A stretch of DNA of 64,000 nucleotides from Candidatus Poribacteria bacterium (GTDB taxonomy: Bacteria > Poribacteria > WGA-4E > JAJDTR01). Under the pieces are notes generated by a model. That model saw only the letters and a program-made list of their open reading frames with translations. It had not been told where the DNA came from and searched no databases. Below are positions 50,501-59,006 of the stretch, piece by piece (positions within the stretch are counted from its first letter, which is position 1; each line of letters starts with the position of its first letter). The translations under genes and the position numbers were made by a program. The stretch spans positions 5,472,001 to 5,536,000 of the forward strand of contig CBDCTK010000002.1 in the NCBI GenBank assembly GCA_965222225.1, in the 5' to 3' direction.

Positions 50501-50817
50501 TTGAATTTCGTGTGCACAAAATCCTGCAATTGTTAAATGCCACAAACTATCCCAACCCGTTTACCGATGAAACAACTATCACTTGTGAACTCACTGGGGA
50601 AGCCGATGAGATCGGCATTAAGATTTACAGCTTGTCTGGAAGACTGGTACAAGAGTTTACAGAGGCCGCAACTGCCGGATTCATGATGATTCCGTGGGAT
50701 GGACGCGATCGAAATGGCGAAGAGATCGCGAATGGCGTCTATTATTGTAAGATTCGGGTCGAGAAAGCAGGAGAGAGAGGCCTGACCGAATTTATCAAAA
50801 TCATGAAGCTGAGATAG
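44539..50817 (+). CDS. Large C25 (gingipain/PorU-like) cysteine peptidase with propeptide and C-terminal FlgD-Ig/CTD-like domain
   Basis: Propeptide_C25-like N-terminus, ADYLIITH, GDGTYD, IGRL, YAGHGG (His), LSCYNGYFD (Cys), LFGDP, DVIPPDI and NYPNPF...IKIYSLSGRLV...WDGRD.NG..IANGVY. Confidence 0.9.
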   Translation: MNYPNDTRTQGSNKPPQRLSTSFVLLVTHTLSFILWVNVIFLGSIGTLSYADIIAKSDVDGITVEFNLPGLNVTSIERNGVKYQSVSYEECGYTSEEGNPYLPVSRILLGVPVDTSFSVEVLHAANETRARHRLPPVPYRVLSRENDLLTSRSDRDWSEEQIQAPTEEWREDGPAYQTGAMFPANLVDIVYEGYIRSQRVICLALHPVQYKSKSRLLRLHPRMVIRVNFHSTASDFVSTYRTSFSQSRMSPSSIVEEPETFERTFRNLLANYDAAKKWRVPREQTLSAPAMQHAPTSLPGEVQYKILVDETGIYRLTRDDLIKKWGIDLGQVPVRNLHLRIGEVEVPIYIHGEEDGSFDSGDYIEFLGLDAQNRYTHWNVYWLRVEREPGMRVSQIDATPDDPTATVIPVFRSRIHFEEDLLTSNLEHRFPERVSQGDKHGWFDALDFWYWDGIRNAGDFNEMNLEFPLYDLARSFVQSKIQVALQGGTPTQHEILTSINGVRIDNAKWRRQDAISVEKMLRVWDNLKDITQGDWNTLTLTRVDSTVEDDTTRYPYHVYVNSFDVEYTRLLKAVNDYLEFSSPGSNESYAVRKRRNLEYTVRTFLAPDVEVFEYDGTGLISKLKNPIVSRVGLDLAERDRLRAILNVNAAGGTEGVDDRRISVPRVAYDATFQVPDTHDAQFVAVSSAGVREPVRVEAVPVSELLLPSNGADYLIITHPVFREPSKRLAQWRSGPKGGGFRTKVVDVTEIYNSFGKGMVDPKAIKRFLTYAYQNWEPPALSHVVIMGDGTYDFLGVDKELYPEPPEDLGYIPPHYIWTSSYGRTSADHWYATVSGLDELTDFYIGRLTAETLNEATGIVDKIINYENKRPNGSWRRQIISVADDEVNNSGDFIFKKSLNEIAQSHTLLGYETIEIFLEDIIDLVEGNPDDYPDTLPKHIAKERIIRALSNGAVLAQYAGHGGRIVWAHENIFGNVSVDLVEQTPHIPFMLVLSCYNGYFDQPGEPSMAEKLLRKEKGGIIGMLSASRLTYGSGNDALNRIIFDHLFKRNERQLGALSFDTKVELLINRGVTGNIDVMMGYTLFGDPATKLAMADYEMQPKVKSKTVVPGGTVEIADGRILDVVYDPRLKHKQFKPTSDFDGRLQVKAIFPGKYATGQGDNGAVEFYTGDVIVTKEAQVTNGSFPALVIAVPDNINSGPAHVEYYAESSTHIAVGGTSLTVLEPKILDIQPEVVDEASFRISAQVSDELSDEGIKEIVLSWRNPETRNWETVIMIPDQPRGKGWYTVPSPLLLSANGAAIRYDIQVTDIDGNVITSELLSYRPVVFPNLKPVDAEAYSNEALIYYHYSPEIDAWTLNADIQQVEDVELKDTVEVVFFDGNPDLNSDNVVDSEARLLGQVQIPPDAWQRRDPLEIHKTPNFQGQALVQPRAFHADPLNTNWLVTATLRNELPIGDHKIFVWIDPVFDVNASPGGQVREGDDEDNVGQHNVQVRDTLIGKTAKRVFSHDGVIDFRMPRNLASQPEVLTIMEMTEQEHAHLVQQNTLRRINLPNGSQAVAYNVTIKDAEPNAQLNQPVTTELRFDLDALKWGISEELFGKLDTNDDDTLIDFSDFTREQITAINAGAEQRAKEIGVYLWVERLGQWTRLASELITAANGSIEVQPTIASATSSNFGGGGLLNVLLDPAETRIGRRVLLFTSASTYRLLVGEDTAPLKVVASDRYVGFPQDPPVYTDGVSIDIEYDRKGFRFGDVLTFDVIQDSASGDSSLYAVSYLEENRGTGVMQYLRLAPGSNMPRDQWVILFVDSEHFQIEGQETGILSRNGNPIQGVVGEEFSFPEFGLTLKLTQGRWMFEAGDSFTFETREVGRVRAEVPILGPLTLMRSDDVIPPDIQLTIGEQNFVDGDPVSADPLIQATLTDNNGIDYITRPIRMEMLYNQDASLVPATEYRLSHQPSSSQVVLNYRPPRLDPGTYQIRLAASDLEGNESEKEIEFRVHKILQLLNATNYPNPFTDETTITCELTGEADEIGIKIYSLSGRLVQEFTEAATAGFMMIPWDGRDRNGEEIANGVYYCKIRVEKAGERGLTEFIKIMKLR

Positions 50818-50855
50818 CTGTATCTAATCCCCAAAAAGCAGGGAGTTGGCAGTCG

Positions 50856-51938
50856 TTGAATTCTGGAAAATATTGGATTAAGAAAAACTACCCCATCTCC
50901 AAACAGGATTGGATTGGAAGATTGCGTTTCAAATCTCGCGTTTTGCGTGGTTTCTGCGTTGTATTCATCATCTTTCTTGGCCAGTCCTTCGCTCAAGCTG
51001 CTACCAAATACGCGGGAGAGTTTCTGACGCTTGGTGTAGGGGCACGTCCGTTGGGAATGGGAGGAAGTTTTGTGGCAATTTCCGATGACTCAACGGCGAC
51101 ATACTGGAATCCGGCGGGACTAGGGTACTTAAGTCATTCTGAAATTTCGCTTATGCACTCTAGTCTTGGCGACCTAAACAGCTATGACTTCGTCAACTAT
51201 GTACAGCCCTTCGGTAGAAACAGTTCCGTTGGACTTAGCTGGTTGCGAGTGGGTGTAGATGATATTCCAATCACGAACTTACCCATTCCTTCAGGTGGTG
51301 TCGGTCCCGGAAATCGACCTAGGATTGAGCGCACCTTCAGCAACACAGACAATGCGTTTATCCTCTCGTATGGTAGGGGGATTGGCCCTGCGGCATGGAG
51401 ATTATTTTCAGGGGGAAATGCCAAGGTAATCTATATTTCGACACTCAGAAACATCAATGCAGTCGGTATTGGTGGTGACTTTGGCATTCTCTGGCAATCC
51501 ACTCAAGATAAAGCCAATCAGCTATCCATTGGTGTTATGGCACAAGATTTCTTCAAAACGAAACTTTACTGGAACACCCCGCCGGACGAATCGGGACAAG
51601 CATCAAACACAGATACGATAAACCCCAACTTCAAAATAGGTTTTTCCTACAGCGCAGATGTTGCCGCGCTAAATAGCCAGCTACTGCTAACTATCGACAC
51701 TGATAGCCTATACTCGTTTGAAATGCACTATGGCGCTGAGTATGTATTCGCACAGTTACTCGCGTTGAGGATTGGCTTGCAGGAGCGAAAAGGGGTGACC
51801 ACAACTCGCCTTATGACTGCTGGAGCGGGGCTTAAACTGTCTTTCTTGACAGGCGCAGCTTTTTCAGTTGACTACGCATACCTCGGCAATGAGGAACTTG
51901 GCGCTAGTAATCGAATCTCTCTCATGACACGTTTCTGA
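50856..51938 (+). CDS. PorV/PorQ-family outer-membrane beta-barrel
   Basis: FLTLGVGARPLGMGGSFVAISDD.TATYWNPAGL, VDYAY...LG..NRISL and terminal F. The true start may be downstream of the TTG. Confidence 0.88.
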   Translation: MNSGKYWIKKNYPISKQDWIGRLRFKSRVLRGFCVVFIIFLGQSFAQAATKYAGEFLTLGVGARPLGMGGSFVAISDDSTATYWNPAGLGYLSHSEISLMHSSLGDLNSYDFVNYVQPFGRNSSVGLSWLRVGVDDIPITNLPIPSGGVGPGNRPRIERTFSNTDNAFILSYGRGIGPAAWRLFSGGNAKVIYISTLRNINAVGIGGDFGILWQSTQDKANQLSIGVMAQDFFKTKLYWNTPPDESGQASNTDTINPNFKIGFSYSADVAALNSQLLLTIDTDSLYSFEMHYGAEYVFAQLLALRIGLQERKGVTTTRLMTAGAGLKLSFLTGAAFSVDYAYLGNEELGASNRISLMTRF

Positions 51939-52006
51939 ACCGTTACAAGGGTAATATTCCGCCACAGTGCGCGATAGTCAAATCTATCCTACCTCCGAAA
52001 CTCCCG

Positions 52007-52309
52007 TTAAGCTTCCATTATCCGTACTTCTTCAATCTGGTTCGAGACGAGCCACTCCAATAAATCCTCCTGTTCGTCGGTGATTTCAATTTCAGCTTGA
52101 TTTTGGTCATCTAGCGGGGAAACAACATAGAATACGCCATCCTCAAGCAGTTCAGTGGTGCGAGCAATGGGAAAGAAAAATTCGTCGGAATTGCCGGTGT
52201 CATGAATTCGGCCCTCGGTGAAATATGGAAGTTGATTTCTCAATGTGGCTGAAATTTCATACGGGGCAATTTCTGTTTTATCCAGTGGAATCACATGGTA
52301 TTTTGTCAT
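52007..52309 (-). CDS. Hypothetical acidic protein
   Basis: 100 aa ORF with ATG, co-oriented with and 26 bp downstream of anmK. Confidence 0.6.
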   Translation of the reverse strand: MTKYHVIPLDKTEIAPYEISATLRNQLPYFTEGRIHDTGNSDEFFFPIARTTELLEDGVFYVVSPLDDQNQAEIEITDEQEDLLEWLVSNQIEEVRIMEA

Positions 52310-52335
52310 GGCTTTCTTCTCAAAGGTAAACGTGC

Positions 52336-53523
52336 TTACGCAGGTGCGAGCTTCCCAAGCACTTTTGGTCGAGCTGCTCCAGTGACCTGTGGTAGCCCTG
52401 CTTGGTGGCCGTGAATAGCTTCATTGGCGAGTATTGCGAACGCTATAGCTTCCTTTCCATCGCTAGGAATACCGTACGAATCAGAGGATAGGATGGGAAT
52501 TGGATTAAACAATTTTTTCAACCGCTTCATCAAGGTTAGGTTGTAAGTTCCACCGCCACTTACACAAATCTCATCAATGGAATGATGGGGGAATAAAAAT
52601 CGGTCGTAATGGTCAAAAATCGTTCGCGCGGTAAATTCTGTGACTGTTGCAACCAAATTCTGCGGCGACACTTCGTATGCTTTAGCTTGTTCAAATGCTT
52701 TTTTGGCAAACTGTTTGCCATAGGCTTCCCTCCCCGTGGTCTTTGGCGGTGTTGAGTCCAAGAAGGTGTCTCGAAGCCATTCATCCAGCAGGACTTCACT
52801 GGTACACCCTTGCGCCGCAATCTGTCCCGATGTGTCATAGGTCTGCTTTCCATGTGTAACAATTTCTATCACCGCATCAATAAGCATGTTTCCGGGACCT
52901 GTGTCCGAACCAAGCACTTCGCAAGCGTTCGCCCCCGCGGGGATAAGAGTGACATTAGAGATACCTCCGATATTTTGCAGTGCAATCGTCCGATTTGCTT
53001 GTCGGAACAACAGGAAATCAACGTATGGTACAAGTGGCGCACCTTGCCCGCCGGCTGCAACATCGGCAACTCTGAAATCTTCAATGGTAGGGATACCTGT
53101 TTGATGCGCGATGACCGCAGCCTCGCCAATCTGCATTGTAGAAGGGATGTGAGACGTTCCCATCTGCGGAGGAAGATGATGAATCGTCTGACCATGGCTT
53201 CCAATAAGATCGACCGTATCAATAGAAATGCAAGCCTTTTTGGTAATCGACAGAGCTGCCTCGGCAAATTTTTCACCGAGAAGGAAATTCATTTGGCAGA
53301 TCTCATCAACGCGAGAAGTTTCGGGGTCAAAAAGATTGAAAATTCGTACACGTAATTCTTCTTCAAAGGGAAAACTGTCGAACGCAATGAGTTTCATCTG
53401 TGTGGATAGGCCGTGTCCGCAGATTTCAACGAGCGCGGCATCGACTCCATCGGCAGAGGTGCCGGACATCAGGCCAATCACTCTTTTCGTCTGTTTTTCA
53501 AAGAGAGTCTGGAATGCCTTCAT
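52336..53523 (-). CDS. anmK: Anhydro-N-acetylmuramic acid kinase
   Basis: IGLMSGTSADGVD, GSHGQT, DFRVADVAAGGQGAPLVP, NIGGISN, DTGPGN and KEAIAFA motifs. Confidence 0.96.
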   Translation of the reverse strand: MKAFQTLFEKQTKRVIGLMSGTSADGVDAALVEICGHGLSTQMKLIAFDSFPFEEELRVRIFNLFDPETSRVDEICQMNFLLGEKFAEAALSITKKACISIDTVDLIGSHGQTIHHLPPQMGTSHIPSTMQIGEAAVIAHQTGIPTIEDFRVADVAAGGQGAPLVPYVDFLLFRQANRTIALQNIGGISNVTLIPAGANACEVLGSDTGPGNMLIDAVIEIVTHGKQTYDTSGQIAAQGCTSEVLLDEWLRDTFLDSTPPKTTGREAYGKQFAKKAFEQAKAYEVSPQNLVATVTEFTARTIFDHYDRFLFPHHSIDEICVSGGGTYNLTLMKRLKKLFNPIPILSSDSYGIPSDGKEAIAFAILANEAIHGHQAGLPQVTGAARPKVLGKLAPA

Positions 53524-53665
53524 TAGTTATTTCGCCAGAGTAACTCCCCAAATGGCTAGCGAGTACGCAACGATGGTCTGGGTTGATTTGTAGAGTCAAG
53601 TATGAATCGACAACAGGCAATCCCAATCAATTGAGACTCGGGATGAGACTCGGAAAGGTTGATAT

Positions 53666-54817
53666 TCAAACGTAAATCAGAAACGGTGTCCGTCTGCGTG
53701 CAAAGTCATCAAGGTCGCTGCGCCAGTCCTGAAGGATTTCGGTTGGAGAGCGCCTTTCGATGATTGCCAGACGCAGCGAATCCGTTCCCGACAGCAGATC
53801 GATGAAGTGTGTCCCATCGGTCTCAAGAAACTCAAAGTGATTGGAATAGGCTTCAACAACCGTCGCAAGTAGATACAGGACAATCTCTAACGGCATAGCT
53901 AGTTTTCTATCCAGTACATGCACACTTACACCGTGGCACAACTCATCCACATACTTCGAAAGCGACGGCACAAAATGAACGGGGCGGAAACGCACACCGG
54001 GGAGTTCCAAACAGTTCAAGGTTTCCGACCACTTATCGGCATCAATCCATGGCGCACCAATCCACTCAAATGGCTTTGTTGTCCCACGTCCTTCCGACAA
54101 GTTTGTCCCCTCAATAAGACATGTCCCCGGATATAGAATCGCCGTGTCGAGAGTTGGCATACTAGGGGATGATGGCACCCACGGGAGTCCGGTTTGGTCG
54201 TACCACATACTCCTTGTCCAACCGCGCATCGGAACCACGTCAAGTTGCAAATTTAGTCCTAATTCAGCCTTGAAGAGAAGAGCGAGTTCGCCGATGGTCA
54301 TGCCATGCCGAATTGGGATCGGATGCGCGCCGACGAAAGATTTGTAGTTGTGCTGAAGCAAAGTCCCCTCAAATCGATCCCCGCCAATGGGATTCGGGCG
54401 ATCTAAGACAAGAAACTCAACGGCGTACTCGCAAGCTGCCTGCATTGCTAGAAGCATCGTTGTGATAAAGGTGTAGTAGCGCGCGCCGACGTTCTGGATA
54501 TCGTACACCAATGTATTGATTCCCTTCAACATCTCCTGAGTGGGCTGAAGGGTTTCACCGTAAAGGCTGTAAATCGGAATCAGATGTCGTTCATCAGCCG
54601 TGGAGGTAATTTTGAGCATATCATGGTGGTCTCCCCATATTCCGTGTTCAGGACTGAAGAGTGCCATGAGGCGAGTCTTCGGACACTCTGCAAATAGGCT
54701 CACATTGCTCCGAAGATTTTCATCGACCCCGGTTTGGTTAGTGATTAAGCCGATGTTTCTTTCTTCAATTAGGTGTGGTTTTTCACGGAATAGAACCGTC
54801 AATCCGGTATCAATCAT
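53666..54817 (-). CDS. Exo-beta-N-acetylmuramidase NamZ family (DUF1343)
   Basis: GLITNQTG, LFSPEHG, SLYG, LDRPNP, RHGMTIGELA and SEGRGT motifs. Confidence 0.93.
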   Translation of the reverse strand: MIDTGLTVLFREKPHLIEERNIGLITNQTGVDENLRSNVSLFAECPKTRLMALFSPEHGIWGDHHDMLKITSTADERHLIPIYSLYGETLQPTQEMLKGINTLVYDIQNVGARYYTFITTMLLAMQAACEYAVEFLVLDRPNPIGGDRFEGTLLQHNYKSFVGAHPIPIRHGMTIGELALLFKAELGLNLQLDVVPMRGWTRSMWYDQTGLPWVPSSPSMPTLDTAILYPGTCLIEGTNLSEGRGTTKPFEWIGAPWIDADKWSETLNCLELPGVRFRPVHFVPSLSKYVDELCHGVSVHVLDRKLAMPLEIVLYLLATVVEAYSNHFEFLETDGTHFIDLLSGTDSLRLAIIERRSPTEILQDWRSDLDDFARRRTPFLIYV

Positions 54818-55860
54818 TAGCTACACGTGCCGAAGACCAATTTGTGAAACTCGTCTCGGAAACCAAGAATTCCTTCGCGGGACGCATCTGGATGAACCCG
54901 GTTTGTAAGCAGGATAGCAAACATCCTTCGTTCAAGATGAAGGCGAATAGACGTACCTGTGAAACCGGTGTGATAAAGTGAATCGTCCTTTAGAATAATC
55001 CAACCTATGCTACGTTCCGAATTCAGTCCTGCAGTGTAGGTTTTGCTTAGTTGATGAATACTATCAGATGTTAGTACACTATCTCCGCCATTGACAAGAA
55101 TCCGACAGAATTTTGTGAGATCCCTTGCTGTTGAAAAGAGACCAGAATTCCCGGCAACACCGCCTAGGAAATTGGAGTTTTCGTCATGAACCTCGCCGCA
55201 GAGAATTCCCGTGCGCCAGTCGTATCGTTCGCCGTTTGCCATACGTCTCTCAAATTTGTTTGAATCCTCTGTGGCGGCACAATTGTCCTTCCATGCTGAG
55301 GGTGGACAATACCGAGTGGTCGTCATTTCAGCGGGTGCGAAAATGCATTCCTGCGCCAAACGGCCTAGTGATTGTCCACTAGTGCGTTCAATGAGCTCAC
55401 CGAGCAAAATGTACCCAAGACAGCTGTAAATAACCTGCTGACCGGTTGGGTAATCAAGTTCTATTTCGCCAAGATACCGTGAAATCTCATCTCTCGATTT
55501 TACTTTGAGATAGAGTGGGCGCCACGCCGGCAGTCCAGATGTGTGGGTGAGTAGATGTAGGAGCGTTATCGTTTCGCGGTTGAATTCGGGAAGGTACTTT
55601 TTGACGGGATCGCGAATATCCAATATCCCATCTTCAGCAAGGTGCACAACTAGTGTCGCGACGACGATTGGTTTGGTCAACGAGGCGAGATCAAAAATGG
55701 TATCACGCCGCATTGGCTTGGTTAATGGCAGCACCTTGCGGTGTCCGAACGCTTCGTGATAGGTAACCTCACCGTCTTCAGCGATTACGGCAACTGCGCC
55801 GGGAAAGATCCCATCGGAAATGCCTTGCTGGAGCAGGGAAGAAATCTGCTTTGAATTCAT
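54817..55860 (-). CDS. Beta-lactamase-family serine hydrolase (AmiE-like)
   Basis: FDLASLTK (SxxK), LLTHTSGL, YSC, GEVHDEN and HTGFTG motifs. Confidence 0.9.
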   Translation of the reverse strand: MNSKQISSLLQQGISDGIFPGAVAVIAEDGEVTYHEAFGHRKVLPLTKPMRRDTIFDLASLTKPIVVATLVVHLAEDGILDIRDPVKKYLPEFNRETITLLHLLTHTSGLPAWRPLYLKVKSRDEISRYLGEIELDYPTGQQVIYSCLGYILLGELIERTSGQSLGRLAQECIFAPAEMTTTRYCPPSAWKDNCAATEDSNKFERRMANGERYDWRTGILCGEVHDENSNFLGGVAGNSGLFSTARDLTKFCRILVNGGDSVLTSDSIHQLSKTYTAGLNSERSIGWIILKDDSLYHTGFTGTSIRLHLERRMFAILLTNRVHPDASREGILGFRDEFHKLVFGTCS

Positions 55861-55966
55861 GGATGTACATCGCGAAGATGGGGTGACTGATGATGGCTCA
55901 AGACTTTTTGCGCATGATTAGGAATTGTAGGTTTACACCTTGGCATCCTTCGCATTTTTAATTGAC

Positions 55967-57079
55967 TCAAAACTGTTGGAACCAGTTTTGCTTCGCAACC
56001 ACGGCAAAAGCTTGTCCTGGCAATATTTCTAGGTCGTCGTCGAGTGCACCGGACGCAATGTCATTGGGAAGAAATGGATGAAATGTACCGTTGGCGTATA
56101 TCGAAATGAGGGAAATCTTGTCGAGAAAGACTGGGTATTTGGCGAAATCGCTTACGCGGTTGATGCCAGCTTCCGTGTGAGGAACGCCAACCAGGTTGGG
56201 CCCTGGAAATAGTCGAATTGCTCCCTCAACCGGATCGCCGGCAAGGTCAATGGACATAGCATTCCTTAAGGAGACGAGTATTCCCGTGTACGGTTGAATG
56301 GCAGCATTGGCGGAAATGTCGGCGTCCGAAGGCTCGAAGAATACTTGAAACTGCGCGGTTCCGCCGCGCGTCGGCGCTGGCGTGGTAATCAACCAATGCA
56401 CGTTGCTTTCCCCTCCTAACGCCACAAACAAATCGCTAACCTTCGTAATGGAGCGAGATTCGCCGTTGACCTCCGTATCCAATCTCGGAAGATGAACCAT
56501 GCTGGTTCCTGCAGGCACCGAAAGGCTAAAACTCTTGGGCGTCTCAAGATTGAGTGTTTCGAGTTGCTGAAGCATGATATCAATATTCGCGCGGGTAGTG
56601 GTGTCTCCAATGAATTTCCACCGAATAATCCCACTCTTATCGATGACAAACGCGGATGGTCTGGCGATGTTAGTTATGCTAAGAACGCCGTAAGCCTTTA
56701 TTGTCACTAGATCCTCATCGGATAATATCGGGAATTCCACAGCAACCTCGCCAACAAAAAATGCTTTTGATACCGCCGGTTTGTCGACGCTAATGGCGTA
56801 CAGTTCGGCGCCAAGCTGGCGGAAATCGGAATAATGTCCCTTCAACTCCACGAGTTGGTCCCGGCAGAACGGTCAGAACTTGCCGCGATAAAAGATGAGT
56901 ACCACGTTTTCGGACCTGCGATGGTCGCTCAGCGTAATAGATTCGTTATCCGTGTTGGGAAGCGTAAAATCCGGTGCTTCATTACCAACCTCATTTCCAA
57001 CAACACCTTGAGCGCTACTCCAAGCGCTAAACAGAAATACAATTATCAAAAGCAGAATGGTTCGAAAATCTATCTTCAC
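55967..57079 (-). CDS. Secreted AhpC/TSA (peroxiredoxin-like) selenoprotein with UxxC and a C-terminal extension (370 aa)
   Basis: ORFs 56873-57079 and 55967-56851 are in frame across TGA: [33 protein letters not shown] hairpin starts 15 nt after the TGA. Confidence 0.85.
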
Positions 57080-57575
57080 TGGAAACCTCCTGTATTGGAA
57101 ATTTTAGGGAATTTTAGTATACAATGACTGCCCATCAATCGAATTACATTAAGGATATTAACAGATTGTCCTACAATCAGTCAATCGTTTTTTTTGGCAT
57201 TTCTTGGACAATCCAAAGAGCGAGATAAGGTAAAATATAGCATAAGATTGAAAATATGGAGATTATGACGAAGTGAAGTTAGATGCAGTCCTTCCTCCTG
57301 ACTGGACAGCCCGCCTAGGTTGAGTTGAGTAAGCATTCACGTGCCAATGAAGCGAAGGTCTTTGAAGGCAGGGCTGTCCTTATCAATTGTATTGTTTGTG
57401 ACAGATATGTTAGAATACTTTCGATTGATGAGTTGCCAATTTCGTCGATCCAAAGTTTGGATTGGCACTTCAGTTTTGCCCCAATCCAAACCTCATGGAA
57501 TGAACCTGAGTGTTAGGTGTAAGCCGTCAGTACCTATCTTCGTCACTGGCACAACAGAGAAATCATGATAAATCA

Positions 57576-58973
57576 ATGGTATCAATTAACCAAGATTTCA
57601 CCCCTTTCGCGACACGCATGAACGTTGAGGGATTACCCGATATCGTAGTAGAAACCTTCAAGTTTTATTATACGCAACTAGCCGACGGACACACCGGTCT
57701 CATTCCAGAGAGTGACATCACCCCGGTTGAACACCTTCCAGACTTAGAAAAGTTCCCGAAAGAATTGGCAAAAGTTGGACAGCGTTTATTACCAAAGACC
57801 ATCGTATTGAAGTTGAATGGTGGTTTGGGGACCAGCATGGGCATGAATAGAGCAAAATCGTTGCTAACCGTTAAGGATGAATGGTCATTCCTAGACATAA
57901 TTGCTCGGCAAACTCAATTAAGGGGTATGCGTCTAGTACTCATGAACAGTTTTTCGACCCGGAGTGATTGTCTCACAGCACTAAAAGATTATCTGGAATT
58001 GTGGGACGATATCCCTCTGGATTTTGTTCAACATAAAGTGCCGAAAGTCAATCAAGCTGATCTGAGTCCCGCGGACTGGCCTGAAAATCGAGATTTGGAA
58101 TGGTGTCCGCCCGGACATGGCGATATATACACATCGTTAGTAACAAGCGGCATGTTAGACAGGTTGTTAAAAGCGGGTTATGAATACGTATTTATCTCCA
58201 ATTCTGACAACCTTGGGGCGGTGATGGATACAACCATCCTCGGTTTCTTCGTCGAAAACCAGTTGTCATTTCTCATGGAGGCCACAGATCGGACCCCGGC
58301 ACACAGAAAAGGCGGACACCTTGCTCGATTGTCCTCCGGTCAGCTCATCCTTCGAGAGGTAGCTCAATGCCCGTCCGACGACATTAACTCGTTTCAAGAC
58401 ATTAACCGGCACAAGTATTTTAACACGAACAACCTATGGTTACATTTGCCTACTTTGAAAGCGGTGATGCGCTCCAAAGGCAATATCTTAGGTTTGCCCA
58501 TGATTCGTAATAGTAAGACAATCGATCCCCGAAGACCTACATCATACCAAGTCTACCAATTGGAGACGGCAATGGGATCGGCTATCGCTGTTTTTGAAAC
58601 CGCAACGGCTATCCGCGTTCCCCAATCGCGCTTTGTCCAAGTGAAAAGGACTGAGGATTTGCTGGTGGTACGCTCAGACATCTGCATGTTGAGTAGCGAC
58701 TTTCAAGTTGTTCCCAACCCTAATCGAAACCTAGGTCCCATCCTAGTGACTTTGGACGAATCCTATTACCAACTAATTGACGATATGGAAGCGCGATTTC
58801 CTGAGGGTGTTCCGTCTTTGATCGACTGCGAGCAATTGAAAATAGTAGGAGATATAAAATTTGGGGCAAATGTAACGCTGTGCGGCGTAGTGGAACTAAT
58901 TAACTTATCAGGCAAGCAAATTGAGATAAATGACGGTACAACAATTGAAGGATCGAGAACATGGTCGAATTGA
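57576..58973 (+). CDS. UTP--glucose-1-phosphate uridylyltransferase (eukaryote-type UDPGP family)
   Basis: LKLNGGLGTSMG...KS, LMNSF, WCPPGHGD, SNSDNLGA, KGG, FNTNNLW and QLETAMG motifs. Confidence 0.94.
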   Translation: MVSINQDFTPFATRMNVEGLPDIVVETFKFYYTQLADGHTGLIPESDITPVEHLPDLEKFPKELAKVGQRLLPKTIVLKLNGGLGTSMGMNRAKSLLTVKDEWSFLDIIARQTQLRGMRLVLMNSFSTRSDCLTALKDYLELWDDIPLDFVQHKVPKVNQADLSPADWPENRDLEWCPPGHGDIYTSLVTSGMLDRLLKAGYEYVFISNSDNLGAVMDTTILGFFVENQLSFLMEATDRTPAHRKGGHLARLSSGQLILREVAQCPSDDINSFQDINRHKYFNTNNLWLHLPTLKAVMRSKGNILGLPMIRNSKTIDPRRPTSYQVYQLETAMGSAIAVFETATAIRVPQSRFVQVKRTEDLLVVRSDICMLSSDFQVVPNPNRNLGPILVTLDESYYQLIDDMEARFPEGVPSLIDCEQLKIVGDIKFGANVTLCGVVELINLSGKQIEINDGTTIEGSRTWSN

Positions 58974-59006
58974 TTGCATCGGTGTATGAGGAAGAATAAA
59001 GAACGA

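Noticed and set aside
56873-57079. 68 aa stand-alone gene or nonsense pseudogene
   Set aside because: The stop is a TGA in a UxxC motif with in-frame continuation and a SECIS-like hairpin, so selenocysteine is the better explanation.
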